A DNA stretch of 64,000 bases from a candidate division WOR-3 bacterium (lineage in GTDB: Bacteria; Hydrothermota; UBA3073): contig JAUWGP010000004.1 of the NCBI GenBank assembly GCA_030606335.1, forward strand, positions 10,091 through 74,090, in the 5' to 3' direction. Shown here piece after piece: positions 35,416 through 45,426 of this stretch. How positions within the stretch are numbered: the first letter of the stretch is position 1; every line of letters begins with the position of its first letter. The notes under the pieces were generated by a model. That model was not told the origin of the DNA. It did not search any database and saw only the letters and a program-made list of their open reading frames with translations. Position numbers and translations under genes: made by a program.

Positions 35416-37122
35416 ATGAATGGATGTTTTCTTTTAATATTACTCTTTCTTCCAATTTTTTCTGTTTACCCCTTAGAATGGGTCCAGACAGACTGGTCTG
35501 GGGGAGGTGGTGAATTCTATTGGGGTGATTCCACAAAATACTACAGCAGCACACTTAATGGGTGGAGAAATCCAGGAATTCTTACCCTTGATACACCTTC
35601 TGATAAATGGGAGGTTATGGGTGACCCGGATGGGGCTAAAAATATCTGGGTACTGCTTGAATTTGTGGGGAATATATATGCGGGTGTTGACAACTATCCG
35701 ACTACAGGAACAGGTAGAGTGCTATTTTCAAACGACAATGGACATAACTGGACAGCAGGTGGAGCTCTTGGTTCTTCTAATTTTGTACACGCTCTACTTG
35801 AATACAATGACGTAATATATGCAGGTACAGATGGGAATGTATATAAATCCTCTGATGCTGGAACAACGTGGACACAAACTGGGAGTCTCTCGGGTGTAAC
35901 AAGGGTTGATGCTCTTGCCTTAAGGAATGATACCATCTTTGCAGGAACAGGGACAGGTGGTGATGTATTCAAATCAGGTAATTGCATGAATTGGACCAAC
36001 ACAGGAGAGCTCACAGATGCAACAATAATATGGGATTTACTTGTGGGTTTTGATGGAACAATGTATGCTGCTGGAACAAAGAATAATACATCATCCTGTA
36101 TATTCAGGTCCACTGATGGCGGTGGAACATGGGTGGATCTTGGCTTCTCCCATGATGTGGTCTGTTATGCACTTGCTCAGGCAGCAGATTCTACCATATA
36201 TGCTGGGATAGGAGTAGATAGTGGATATGTATATAAATCTACAGATGGAGGAGACACCTGGATTGTGACATCTGATCTGGGAAGTGGACTTTCAAAGGCG
36301 AATATTGTTTATAGTATAATTATAGCAGATGATGGTAGTATATATGCAGGCACTCTTGCAGGTACAGGAGCAGGGAGGGTATTTAAATCTAAAGATGGAG
36401 GAAATAGTTGGTCTGGTATATCTCTTGGTAATGCCCATATTTATTCACTGCTTCAATCAGATGAGGGTTTTATCTACGCAGGACAGGATAGAATAATGAC
36501 AAATCCAATTTCAAGGACCGCATATGATTCAACAGGTTATCTTAACTCATCAGTGTACGATACAGAGATTGATACGGTGAAATATGGGATAATTCACTGG
36601 GATGCAGACCTACATGGGTGTAACATTACTGTGGGTGTACAGGCAGATACGAGCAATTGGTTTTGGCCAGAACCTGAGACAATTGAGGTTATGAATAACA
36701 CCCAGCTGCCAGAGGCGTTAAACGATAAACGATATGTGCGGTATATATTTGAGGTATACAGTTCCTCTGCTGATTCCTCACCTGTAATTGATGAGATTAG
36801 TATAGGTTATTCACCAGGAGGTTCAGGCATAGGAGTGGATGAGTTTAGTGATATATACCTGTATACACCAGTTCCCAATCCATTTACCCATTCAACGACC
36901 ATCAGGTATATCAATCCCAGAAGTGAACCGCTTTCTATAGATGTTTACGATATCTGCGGAAGGCTCATACGAAATCTTATTAATGGTTTTGATAGAGAAG
37001 GATGTATTAAGTGGAAGGGACAGGATAAATTGGGACGGAGATTGCCTCCAGGGGTTTATTTCGTGAGATTAGATATAGAAGAGAGAAGTATTGGTAAAAA
37101 GGTGATTTTTCTTGGGCAATGA
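35416..37122 (+). CDS. secreted BNR/Asp-box (sialidase/Ycf48-like) beta-propeller protein with T9SS-type C-terminal domain
   Basis: Asp-box repeats SNDNGHNWT, SSDAGTTWT, STDGGGTWV, STDGGDTWI, SKDGGNSWS. C-terminus NPFTHSTTIRY...IDVYDICGRLI...GVYFVRLDIEERSIGKKVIFL. Confidence 0.8.
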   Translation: MNGCFLLILLFLPIFSVYPLEWVQTDWSGGGGEFYWGDSTKYYSSTLNGWRNPGILTLDTPSDKWEVMGDPDGAKNIWVLLEFVGNIYAGVDNYPTTGTGRVLFSNDNGHNWTAGGALGSSNFVHALLEYNDVIYAGTDGNVYKSSDAGTTWTQTGSLSGVTRVDALALRNDTIFAGTGTGGDVFKSGNCMNWTNTGELTDATIIWDLLVGFDGTMYAAGTKNNTSSCIFRSTDGGGTWVDLGFSHDVVCYALAQAADSTIYAGIGVDSGYVYKSTDGGDTWIVTSDLGSGLSKANIVYSIIIADDGSIYAGTLAGTGAGRVFKSKDGGNSWSGISLGNAHIYSLLQSDEGFIYAGQDRIMTNPISRTAYDSTGYLNSSVYDTEIDTVKYGIIHWDADLHGCNITVGVQADTSNWFWPEPETIEVMNNTQLPEALNDKRYVRYIFEVYSSSADSSPVIDEISIGYSPGGSGIGVDEFSDIYLYTPVPNPFTHSTTIRYINPRSEPLSIDVYDICGRLIRNLINGFDREGCIKWKGQDKLGRRLPPGVYFVRLDIEERSIGKKVIFLGQ

Positions 37123-37134
37123 TAATTATTGGAT

Positions 37135-37510
37135 CTGTCATTGCGAGCGACCAATGGGAGCGCGGCAATCTCATTCATTTCCTTTGCAGGCTAAAGCCTT
37201 CAGCTACAATTTTTAACACTATGGAGTATCCCGCCTTGGAGGGGTACTCCAAAAATTTCAATGACCGTGTTTACCCTGTATAGGATTACTCTATCAGGTC
37301 ACAGTGGTGCCCTTTTGGAGTGCTGTGACCGTGTTTACCCTGTAGAGGAATACTCTACTATGGGGTCACAGTGGTGCATTAACACGGTTAATGCACTCCA
37401 TAATACACTCCATATAGCACTCCATAGAATGCTTAGAGATGAGATTGCTTCGTCGCTTCACTCCTCGCAAAGACAAATAAGGTAGTGTCAGTCTAAAGAC
37501 TGTCATTATA
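37135..37510. repeat. mosaic palindromic repeat cluster
   Basis: Same modules as 34681-35372, mostly in the opposite orientation (gtcattgcgagcgaccaatgggagcgcggcaatctcat; tgcactccataatacactccatatagcactccatagaatgc). Confidence 0.9.
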
Positions 37511-37546
37511 TAAGGCATTAATTATGTTGCACAACATGTAGGCATG

Positions 37547-38479
37547 TTATAAAGAATTTCTAAAGAATTCTATCACCTTCTTCTCATATTTTCTTTCATC
37601 TTTTGCATAGTATTTTAAATGTTCCGCATCACTAAGTATCCACTTATATTTTTGTCCTTTGAGTATCTTATATATCTCTAAACCTTCAGATAATGGTATC
37701 TCTTTATCTTCGGCGCTGTGAATAATCAAAACAGGAGCGTGGAGTGTATCTTGTAGGAGTATATTTAGGTCAAGAGCCTTTGGGTTGAAGCCAAGCCGTA
37801 TGCATGCTGTCCATATTGCAGGAGGAAGAAAGGGATATCTTGGCGCATGATAATAACAATTTGCAAATGAATATACAGCAGAATGGAATGAGATATATGC
37901 GCCTTCACTCACTACTGCATCTATATCTGGAGAGAGTAAAGCTCCAAATAGGGCAACAGTTCCTCCCATAGAAAAACCCATAACACCTATTTTATTGACT
38001 CCCATTTCCTTCAGGAATGATACTGCTGCAAGTAGGTCTTTTACCTCATAATATCCAAGGGAACAATTCCTTCCACCACTTTTTCCATGAGCCCTGAAAT
38101 CGAACATAAGGATATCATAGCCAAACTGATTTAGGAATTTTGCATGAGGGATACAATGGCCTTTATCCATTCCATATGGATGACAGAGAATTATTGACTC
38201 GTTTTTATCTCCGGTTATATACCAACCCATTATCTTAACACCATCATCTGTGTAAAATTCGACCTCAGAATAATTCATTTGAAATTTTTTTAGAGTATAA
38301 GGTGTTTTAAATCTCGGTGGTGTTATTATTAACTCCGATGATTTGAAACAGTATACTAAAAATAGAAGGATGAGATAAATGGGTAGTTTTAAAAAAAGGC
38401 TCTTTATAAGCCTTGATACTATAAAAACGACTGCAATTGATATGATGAGGACGATTGTGGTAAGAATTGTTGAGGACAT
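37547..38479 (-). CDS. membrane-anchored alpha/beta hydrolase
   Basis: Nucleophile elbow GFSMGG, FDFRAHGKSGG, and late AEDKEIP / H in SDAEHLKYY. Confidence 0.75.
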   Translation of the reverse strand: MSSTILTTIVLIISIAVVFIVSRLIKSLFLKLPIYLILLFLVYCFKSSELIITPPRFKTPYTLKKFQMNYSEVEFYTDDGVKIMGWYITGDKNESIILCHPYGMDKGHCIPHAKFLNQFGYDILMFDFRAHGKSGGRNCSLGYYEVKDLLAAVSFLKEMGVNKIGVMGFSMGGTVALFGALLSPDIDAVVSEGAYISFHSAVYSFANCYYHAPRYPFLPPAIWTACIRLGFNPKALDLNILLQDTLHAPVLIIHSAEDKEIPLSEGLEIYKILKGQKYKWILSDAEHLKYYAKDERKYEKKVIEFFRNSL

Positions 38480-38594
38480 AATTACAATGAGGTGAGAATA
38501 GTAACAGTTATCATAGTCGCTAATTCATGCTTTATCCTATAGTGCTTACTGACTACTGCATACTATTTTTTTATATGTTGTCCGTATTATGATT

Positions 38595-40037
38595 TCACTT
38601 AATCTGGAACTTGAAGGGAAACGCAATAGTAACCTTTACAACTTTGTCTCTCTGTTTTGCAGGGTAGAATTCCCACTTATACGATTCTTCAATCACAATT
38701 TCTCCAATCCAGTCCGGGGCATCAGAACGAAGTAGTTTAGAATCAACTACACTACCAGTAGTATCTATGGTTAGACCAAGTATCCCAGAACACTCAATTT
38801 GTCTCTGTCTGAGATAATCAGGGTAGGTCATCTTTTTAACTCGAGGAGATTCATCGTAGGCAACAAATTCAGGAGCTTCGGTTACCAGAGATTCTTCAGA
38901 CTCACCCTCTTCTTTCACATCGGGTAGTGGAAGTTGAGGTTTCTCGATATTTGGCTCAAGTGTGGTCACTCTTTGAACAACTGCCTTCTTTTCAATTATC
39001 TTTCCAAGAGAAACATCTCGTACTGCATCTCCTTTTGGGGTAAATGATATGGAACCAGTAATACACTTTATAGGCTCCCGTTCATTGCCGAGACTTGTAA
39101 GAAAATTTTTTACGGATTGTCGACTGTTTGCAGATGGTAGTGAAGCTAAAATAAGATTTGCAGCATCATAAGAGAGTATACCCCAATCACAGGGTAATTC
39201 ACCATATCTTGCCCGGTATCTATCGATGAATGCCTTTACTTCCTGCTTTGATGTATCAATATAGGTAAAATGTTCAATTCTTGAGGCATTGCTGCTTGCC
39301 CACCTTTTGAATCTCTGTGAGGACATTACATCACTTCCAAGTTTGAATGGGTTACCACCCCTGATTAACTCATCGCAGATATTGATCATTGCGATTGGAC
39401 CACAGGCAATGAAAACAATATCTGCTTCGATTACACTTGATAGATCGACTCCTCTGCTGTAAGGAATTGTTGCAAGTAGTACCCCTCCTTTAGATTTTAT
39501 TTCGTCATTAAAAAAGAACTTGAGTCCCTGTCCATAGAGATTATCCTCATATATCGTCGCAATATTTTTGCCTTTGGTTATTGCATAGTTACCAAGAAAT
39601 CTCCCCTGGTATTCGTCATTAGGGCAGATACGAAATAGATATTCTCCCATTTCCGAGATGATTGAATTTATGGAACTTGGTGTGATAGTAGGAAGCCTGT
39701 ATTTGGTTAAAAGAGGTGAAATAGCCCGAACACACCAATCATTATAAGGACCAATCAATGCAATAACATTATTATCTCTTGCAATAATCTCTGTTACTAA
39801 TAGTGCACCGGAGACAGTGGAGCTATCGTCATATGGTATCAGTTCAAGGTCAGTTAAACCGCTCCTACCCGCATCCTCTATTGCCATCTCGATACATCTC
39901 AGGGCACATCTCCCCTCCAATGTAAATTCACCGCTTAATGGGATAACGGCTCCTATCTTTACTGCCTGCAGTTCAGAAGAGCTTACAAGATATATTATGG
40001 ATATGAATACTATGATTAATTTTACAAAATTTTTCAT
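38595..40037 (-). CDS. LivK-like periplasmic binding protein (Peripla_BP_6) fused to a TonB C-terminal-like domain
   Basis: Signal peptide, VKIGAVIPLSGEFTLEG. After a P/E-rich linker: PRVKKMTYPDYLRQRQIECSGILGLTIDTTGSVVDSKLLRS...KWEFYPAKQRDKVVKVTIAFPFKF. Confidence 0.65.
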   Translation of the reverse strand: MKNFVKLIIVFISIIYLVSSSELQAVKIGAVIPLSGEFTLEGRCALRCIEMAIEDAGRSGLTDLELIPYDDSSTVSGALLVTEIIARDNNVIALIGPYNDWCVRAISPLLTKYRLPTITPSSINSIISEMGEYLFRICPNDEYQGRFLGNYAITKGKNIATIYEDNLYGQGLKFFFNDEIKSKGGVLLATIPYSRGVDLSSVIEADIVFIACGPIAMINICDELIRGGNPFKLGSDVMSSQRFKRWASSNASRIEHFTYIDTSKQEVKAFIDRYRARYGELPCDWGILSYDAANLILASLPSANSRQSVKNFLTSLGNEREPIKCITGSISFTPKGDAVRDVSLGKIIEKKAVVQRVTTLEPNIEKPQLPLPDVKEEGESEESLVTEAPEFVAYDESPRVKKMTYPDYLRQRQIECSGILGLTIDTTGSVVDSKLLRSDAPDWIGEIVIEESYKWEFYPAKQRDKVVKVTIAFPFKFQIK

Positions 40038-40750
40038 GTGAGTCTTTTGATTGCAATTTTTATTGATGCTGCCATTCTTCTGATGGATTCGGCAAGTTGC
40101 CCTATCTCATCTTTTGAACTTATATCCACAGTTACATCAACTTCACCCATAGATATTCGATTTGTTACATCTATCAGATGTTTGATAGGATTAGTGATAC
40201 TGCGTGCTGTAAATATACTGGCAATGATACCAACTATAAGGATTATAGCTACTATGATGAACATTCTAAGAAGTAAACCTCTGAAGTATACGGTTAAATA
40301 TTTTTCTGTATATCCAATCCTTGCATATCCAAGAGTTCCATCACGAATTGGAAAACTGACATCTTGGATATTAATACCATGTATATTCAAAAATTGGGCA
40401 TTGTAATTTTTCCCACCAGTAAAACTGGGGATACTCAGGAGTTTAGAAGGTACATCCGACAAGAATGTATGTGCTATAGGATTCCCCTCTCTATCTATTA
40501 TTATGGCATATATAATGTCGTCACTCAGCTGTTTTGTGTCATTAACTAGCCCATTTAAGGAAATCATATCTTCTGCAATAATAAGCTGGCTTGCTTGTTT
40601 GGAGAAGACCCTTGTTACAGGAACACCTACTCTTTCAATATCGGTCTTCAAAAGATTTTTGAAGGAAAACCATACAAAGACCATGGTGCCAATACCTATG
40701 AGGATGATAGCGCTCATGGTAATAGTTAGAACCCTCATTTTTAGACTCAT
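40034..40750 (-). CDS. TM - extracytoplasmic sensor - TM - HAMP protein without an output domain
   Basis: Two TM helices flank ~140 aa. HAMP: ITNPIKHLIDVTNRISMGEVDVTVDISSKDEIGQLAESIRRMAASI. The protein ends 10 aa later and overlaps the binding-protein gene by 4 nt. Confidence 0.65.
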   Translation of the reverse strand: MSLKMRVLTITMSAIILIGIGTMVFVWFSFKNLLKTDIERVGVPVTRVFSKQASQLIIAEDMISLNGLVNDTKQLSDDIIYAIIIDREGNPIAHTFLSDVPSKLLSIPSFTGGKNYNAQFLNIHGINIQDVSFPIRDGTLGYARIGYTEKYLTVYFRGLLLRMFIIVAIILIVGIIASIFTARSITNPIKHLIDVTNRISMGEVDVTVDISSKDEIGQLAESIRRMAASIKIAIKRLT

Positions 40751-40870
40751 ATATCCTCCCTGTTATAATATTAGGTTTGTTAAAAAATCTTTTGCATATT
40801 TTCTTCTAATTCGTTAGTTAATGGATAACTCACAATTTTAAAAGCAGTTATCTACTTTTTGCTCTACCTC

Positions 40871-41024
40871 GTGGGTTCGATAAATCGAACCCCTACATTT
40901 TCGCTTTCATATTCTCTCTTCGTCCCACGCCCTTTTCTCTTATCGTCCGTCAAACGACGGACTCCTACCTTATAATTAGTCTTCTGTCTGCTTGCCCCGT
41001 TGCTCCAAAGGAGCTTTACGGGGT
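40871..41024. repeat. hairpin repeat cluster
   Basis: gtgggttcgataaatcgaacccctac, cgtccgtcaaacgacggac, ccccgttgctccaaaggagctttacgggg. Confidence 0.7.
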
Positions 41025-41251
41025 GGTCTATTGTCTAATATCTCTTTACTCTTTTATCAGCTATAAATTTCAGTATATATACCTATTTGTTTATAGATTA
41101 TTGAACAAGGAGTTAAAACGACAAGATTTGACTCGGTTATTCAATAAGAGTGTTATGTTTATTATAGGATATGTTAAAAAGGAAATTTTCTTTAGCAGAT
41201 GGGTTTGGCTCAACAAACAAAATTTTATACGAGTAATAGTATAGAAGAGTT

Positions 41252-41491
41252 TTAGAGATTTATAAGGATATCCAATAGAGCAGATTGAAACTGTATCTCT
41301 ATTGCTTCTTCATCTATCTCAGTACTAAGCAACTCGACCAGTTGAGCAGCCATCTCCTTTGGAAAATTACTCTCCTTTTTACCAAGCTGGCTAATCTTCT
41401 CACTAACAAGGGCGGGAGCTAATGGTCCTATTGCCTTGGCCAGCTCTGAATTCAATGTGTAAAAAAAAGACTTCCTGTCGAATTCAGCCAT
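41252..41491 (-). CDS. small helical protein (79 aa), hypothetical, last gene of the DUF4388/Roadblock operon
   Basis: Lies 1 nt after the upstream stop. No family recognised. Confidence 0.5.
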   Translation of the reverse strand: MAEFDRKSFFYTLNSELAKAIGPLAPALVSEKISQLGKKESNFPKEMAAQLVELLSTEIDEEAIEIQFQSALLDILINL

Positions 41492-41492
41492 C

Positions 41493-41828
41493 TTATCTCC
41501 TTACACTCTTTTCGGTTTCGTAGGATGCTACATTCATTGCAATACGTAGAAGGGACATGTTTATTGTAGGATTGTGGAAAACAACGATAAAGAAACTACC
41601 AGCACGTTTCAGAGTAATTTCACCCTTCTCGTAGGATATACGTAGAGTTTTAGGAATGTTATCGTCAGTCCCAAATGCATCGACCATTTGAGAAATTTCC
41701 ATTGAGATGTTGCGAAGCACCTTACCATCCGGAGTTCCGTGTCCAGCCTGAATACCCTCAGTAAAACCAAATATATAGCACCCTGTAACTTCGGGAATTG
41801 ACAATATTTTATCAACAATTTTATCCAT
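41493..41828 (-). CDS. Roadblock/LC7 (MglB-like) domain protein
   Basis: ILSIPEVTGCYIFGFTEGIQAGHG...ISYEKGEITLKRAGSFFIVVFHNPTINMSLLRIAM. Confidence 0.6.
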   Translation of the reverse strand: MDKIVDKILSIPEVTGCYIFGFTEGIQAGHGTPDGKVLRNISMEISQMVDAFGTDDNIPKTLRISYEKGEITLKRAGSFFIVVFHNPTINMSLLRIAMNVASYETEKSVRR

Positions 41829-41845
41829 AGTAACACCTATTGTAG

Positions 41846-42481
41846 TTAAGTTATCTCTTTTTCAATCTTAGTTTTTACATTATCCATTATAGCTGTGGGT
41901 TTTATCCATGCAATAAGATAGCCACTTCCAAGTTTATAGACAAAGCAGTTTTTCTTATCTCCTTGCATCTGTATGTATCTAAATTCACTCAGTTCCATTT
42001 CTTTTGATATTATCTCCGCCTTTGTACATATGGTTGCAAGGTAATTTTTCTTACCAATTTGTGATCCAACCCAGAGGTCGTTTGGAGATAGTGTAGCTAC
42101 ATTATCAATACCATCTATTACCTTTAAGCGTTCTTTCACAGTATTAAGTATTGCATCATCTTCGCCACCCTCAATTTTTTTAAGCGCCTCTTTTAGGAGT
42201 TCATTTGTATTTTTTACAATAGTAACCTTTGGAAGTTCCACATCAGTATCTATGTCGGTTTCAATTTTGAATGTGCCCTCCTTCCACTTTAATAGTTGAA
42301 TGAAGGCTTCCTCGGCAATGAGTGGACCTACAGAAGCATGGACAATATTCCCCTCATGGAAGAAGATCATACCCTCGAGTGAACCGTACTTCGTGGTAAT
42401 TCTACAGGTTCTTCCCTTGCTACTGTATATCTGGATAAGGTCGCCGATTTCAATATCTTTTAAACTACCTTCAAGAGCCAT
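41846..42481 (-). CDS. DUF4388-like domain protein with Roadblock-like C-terminal half
   Basis: GSLKDIEIGDLIQIYSSKGRTCRITTKYGSLEGMIFFHEGNIVHAS...AEEAFIQLLKWKEGTFKIE, then IDGIDNVATLSPNDLWVGS...CFVYKLGSGYLIAWIKP. Confidence 0.6.
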   Translation of the reverse strand: MALEGSLKDIEIGDLIQIYSSKGRTCRITTKYGSLEGMIFFHEGNIVHASVGPLIAEEAFIQLLKWKEGTFKIETDIDTDVELPKVTIVKNTNELLKEALKKIEGGEDDAILNTVKERLKVIDGIDNVATLSPNDLWVGSQIGKKNYLATICTKAEIISKEMELSEFRYIQMQGDKKNCFVYKLGSGYLIAWIKPTAIMDNVKTKIEKEIT

Positions 42482-42672
42482 TAACCCATCACCCCCTTGT
42501 TTTTTACTTCTATCATGTGATAAGGCATTAGTGTGAATAACCTATATAGATTAAATATATTTACTCTAATGAGATTTTACTACAAAAAAACCATTTTGTC
42601 AAGAAAAATTTTACATTATTAAAAATATAATAAGTTTTATACCATACAGGTAATACTTTATTTACTTTTTCC

Positions 42673-42700
42673 TTGACATTTATTGGAATTGTGATATAAT
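42673..42700 (+). promoter_or_regulatory. extended -10 promoter TTGACA-16(TGa)-TATAAT upstream of miaA
   Basis: -35 at 42673-42678 and -10 at 42695-42700. Confidence 0.55.
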
Positions 42701-42797
42701 ATAAAAAAGGCTTTTAATGGAGTGATAGCTTGAAATACATAGATATTTAAAATTGATTCATGTTCTTAAGTTTCTTAAGTCGAACGAAGAAGATTGA

Positions 42798-43667
42798 ATG
42801 AGAACTATTGCAGCAATTGTTGGTCCAACAGGTGTTGGAAAAACAGAAATAGCATTTAAAATAGCATTAAGGTGGGGGGTCTCTATTGTCTCTTGCGATG
42901 CAAGGCAGGTATACAAGTATATGGACATAGGAACCGCCAAGCCAAACAAAAAGATTAGAAATACGGTTTCTCATTATATGATAGACATAGTGGAGCCGAA
43001 TGAAAGATATACAGCATATGATTATGCGAGAGATGGAAGAAAGGTTATAGGGAAGCTCGAAAGTCCTATTATAGTCGGTGGATCAGGTCTCTATCTGAGT
43101 GCACTCATTGATGGGCTGTTCCCAATGCCAAAAATGGATTTAACCCTCAGGCAGAGGTTATCTTTAAGAAGTGCAAAGGAATTATATATGGAATTAATGA
43201 GGATTGATAAATCCACTGCAGACAGACTTCATCCCAATGACAGGGTTAGAATAATAAGAGCTCTTGAAGTTTATAAAGATACTGGTAAACCTATTTCCGA
43301 ATGGAGAAAGGTGGTAGAATCGGTGGATTTCCAAGTTGAGTATTTAGGTGTTCATATGGAAAGAGAAAAACTTTATAGGAAGATAGAAGAGAGGGTAGAT
43401 TCCATGATTACAGACGGGTTGGTTGAGGAGGTAGAATTTTTACTTGACAGATATGGTGAAACCCTGACAATCTTATCTTCGATAGGATACTGCGAGATAA
43501 TCTCTTATCTTAAAGGGGATATCGATCTTGAAAAGGCGATATATCTGATAAAGAGAAATACAAAAAGATACGCAAAACGTCAACTTACATGGTTCAGACA
43601 TATTAAAGGTATTAAATGGTTGCCGGCAGAACTTTTATTAGAGAATTTTAAAGAAGCCAGGCATTGA
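42798..43667 (+). CDS. miaA: tRNA dimethylallyltransferase MiaA
   Basis: IVGPTGVGKTEIA, SCDARQVYKYMDIGTAKP, GGSGLYLSALIDG, RYAKRQLTWFR. Confidence 0.9.
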   Translation: MRTIAAIVGPTGVGKTEIAFKIALRWGVSIVSCDARQVYKYMDIGTAKPNKKIRNTVSHYMIDIVEPNERYTAYDYARDGRKVIGKLESPIIVGGSGLYLSALIDGLFPMPKMDLTLRQRLSLRSAKELYMELMRIDKSTADRLHPNDRVRIIRALEVYKDTGKPISEWRKVVESVDFQVEYLGVHMEREKLYRKIEERVDSMITDGLVEEVEFLLDRYGETLTILSSIGYCEIISYLKGDIDLEKAIYLIKRNTKRYAKRQLTWFRHIKGIKWLPAELLLENFKEARH

Positions 43668-43689
43668 GAGGTAGAAATAATCTTAGAAT

Positions 43690-44886
43690 ATGAAGTATTT
43701 TAGTGATTTTGACCATATCTTTCTTGTGCTTATAGCATTTGTAGTGGCCTTGGGTCTTATTACACTCTATTCCGCAAGCATAAACGAGGGTGGTGAGGCT
43801 TTTCAGAGACAGGTTATATGGGTGTTCATTGGATTATGTGTCTTATTTCTTTTTTCACGTGTCCCATTTCGTTTTTGGCAAAGTATTGCTCCCTTTCTAT
43901 ACTTATTGTCATTGATTTTACTGATATTAGTGCTGTTGACAGGTAAAGGTGTAAAGAGATGGATAGAAATTGGTCCTATCTCATTCCAACCCTCAGAATT
44001 TGCAAAGGTATCAACAGTACTTTATATCTCTGATATTTTGTCTATAAGAAGATTTGAGCTTAAGTCTCTACGCTCATTTCTCATACCAATTGTTATTTGT
44101 CTCATACCATTTATTCTGGTTTTAATTGAGCCAGATCTTGGCACATCCCTTATCTTTATCTTCATATTCTTTTCGCTTATCTTCTGTAAGGGCACAAGAC
44201 CAGTTTACATATTTATTTGGGCATCTCCGTTTATTTCTCTCCTCACAGCTTTCCATTGGGGTATTTGGGTTGTTTGGCTTGTTCTGCTCTTTTCTGTAAT
44301 ATACTGGGCAAAAATTCCCCTAAATGAGGCAATTATAGTCTTTGTAGTTAATATAGTTGTTGGTCTTTTAAATCCATTAGTATGGCAGGCATTGTTACCT
44401 TACCAAAAGGCAAGAATAACAGGCTTTCTTTCACCTGAGACTAATCCTGCTGGAATAGGTTGGCAGATCTTACAATCGAAGATAGCTATAGGCTCAGGAA
44501 GTTTTTTAGGAAAGGGGTTTCTGGAAGGCACACAAAAGGGTTTTGCCTTTTTGCCACACAAACAAACCGATTTTGCCTTCTCAACATTTGCAGAGGAATT
44601 TGGTTTTTTAGGTGTTTCTCTCCTTTTTGCTGCCTTAGTTGGGATTATAATGAGGGGAGTAAAAATAGCAAACGAATCGAGAAACCAGTTTGCATCACTG
44701 TGTGCATTTGGTCTTGTATCGCTGATTTTCTGCCAGGTGGTCGTAAATGTTGGTATGACTATGGGTATATTTCCTGTTGTGGGTATGCCTTTTCCTTTAC
44801 TATCCTATGGAGGCTCTTCAATGATTGTTTTCCTTGGAATAGTAGGGATAATTCTTGGAATGGGTAGACAGAGGTATAAGTACTGA
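43690..44886 (+). CDS. rodA: peptidoglycan glycosyltransferase RodA (SEDS family)
   Basis: FQPSEFAKV, EPDLGTS, QSKIAIGSGSFLGKG...LPHKQTDFAFS..AEEFGF, GMPFPLLSYGGSS. Confidence 0.85.
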   Translation: MKYFSDFDHIFLVLIAFVVALGLITLYSASINEGGEAFQRQVIWVFIGLCVLFLFSRVPFRFWQSIAPFLYLLSLILLILVLLTGKGVKRWIEIGPISFQPSEFAKVSTVLYISDILSIRRFELKSLRSFLIPIVICLIPFILVLIEPDLGTSLIFIFIFFSLIFCKGTRPVYIFIWASPFISLLTAFHWGIWVVWLVLLFSVIYWAKIPLNEAIIVFVVNIVVGLLNPLVWQALLPYQKARITGFLSPETNPAGIGWQILQSKIAIGSGSFLGKGFLEGTQKGFAFLPHKQTDFAFSTFAEEFGFLGVSLLFAALVGIIMRGVKIANESRNQFASLCAFGLVSLIFCQVVVNVGMTMGIFPVVGMPFPLLSYGGSSMIVFLGIVGIILGMGRQRYKY

Positions 44887-45352
44887 TGTATTCTATGGAG
44901 TGCATCAACCGTGTTGATGCATTGCTGTGACCCCATATAGAGTATTCCTCTACAGGGTAAACACGGTCACAGCACTCCAAAATGCATTGCTGTTACCCTA
45001 TAGAGTATTCCTCTACAGGGTAAACACGGTCATTGTAATTTTTGGAGTACCCCGCCTTTGGCAGGGTCGTGCGAATGACATATATTCACCCCTGTCATTG
45101 TGAATCAGTACGATAATCGGATGAAGCAATCTCATCTCTCAGCATTCTATGGAGTGACAGTCTTTAGACTGTTAAAAAGGCGTTAAAAGATGAGATTACC
45201 ATTCTGCATTACCAAGGTAATGCACTCCATAGTGGCAACTGATTAATTACAGAAAATGAGATTGCCGCGCTCACTTCGTTCGCTCGCAATGACACCACCA
45301 TAATTGTCATTGCGAGGAGTCCGTCGGTTGACGGACGACGAAGCAATCACAT
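44887..45352. repeat. mosaic palindromic repeat cluster
   Basis: Contains family B, C, A and E modules. 45101-45200 is nearly identical to 35181-35280. Confidence 0.9.
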
Positions 45353-45426
45353 TAATATCTTTTGGTTTGTTGTCTTTTGTCTGATGTCTGTTGTATATCT
45401 TTTACAAGAATTTAACATAATAAAAT

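Noticed and set aside
41023-41244. 73-aa plus-strand ORF
   Set aside because: It lies in AT-rich intergenic DNA between a repeat cluster and the convergent Roadblock operon. It has low-complexity I/Y/F/K composition, no RBS and no recognisable motif.
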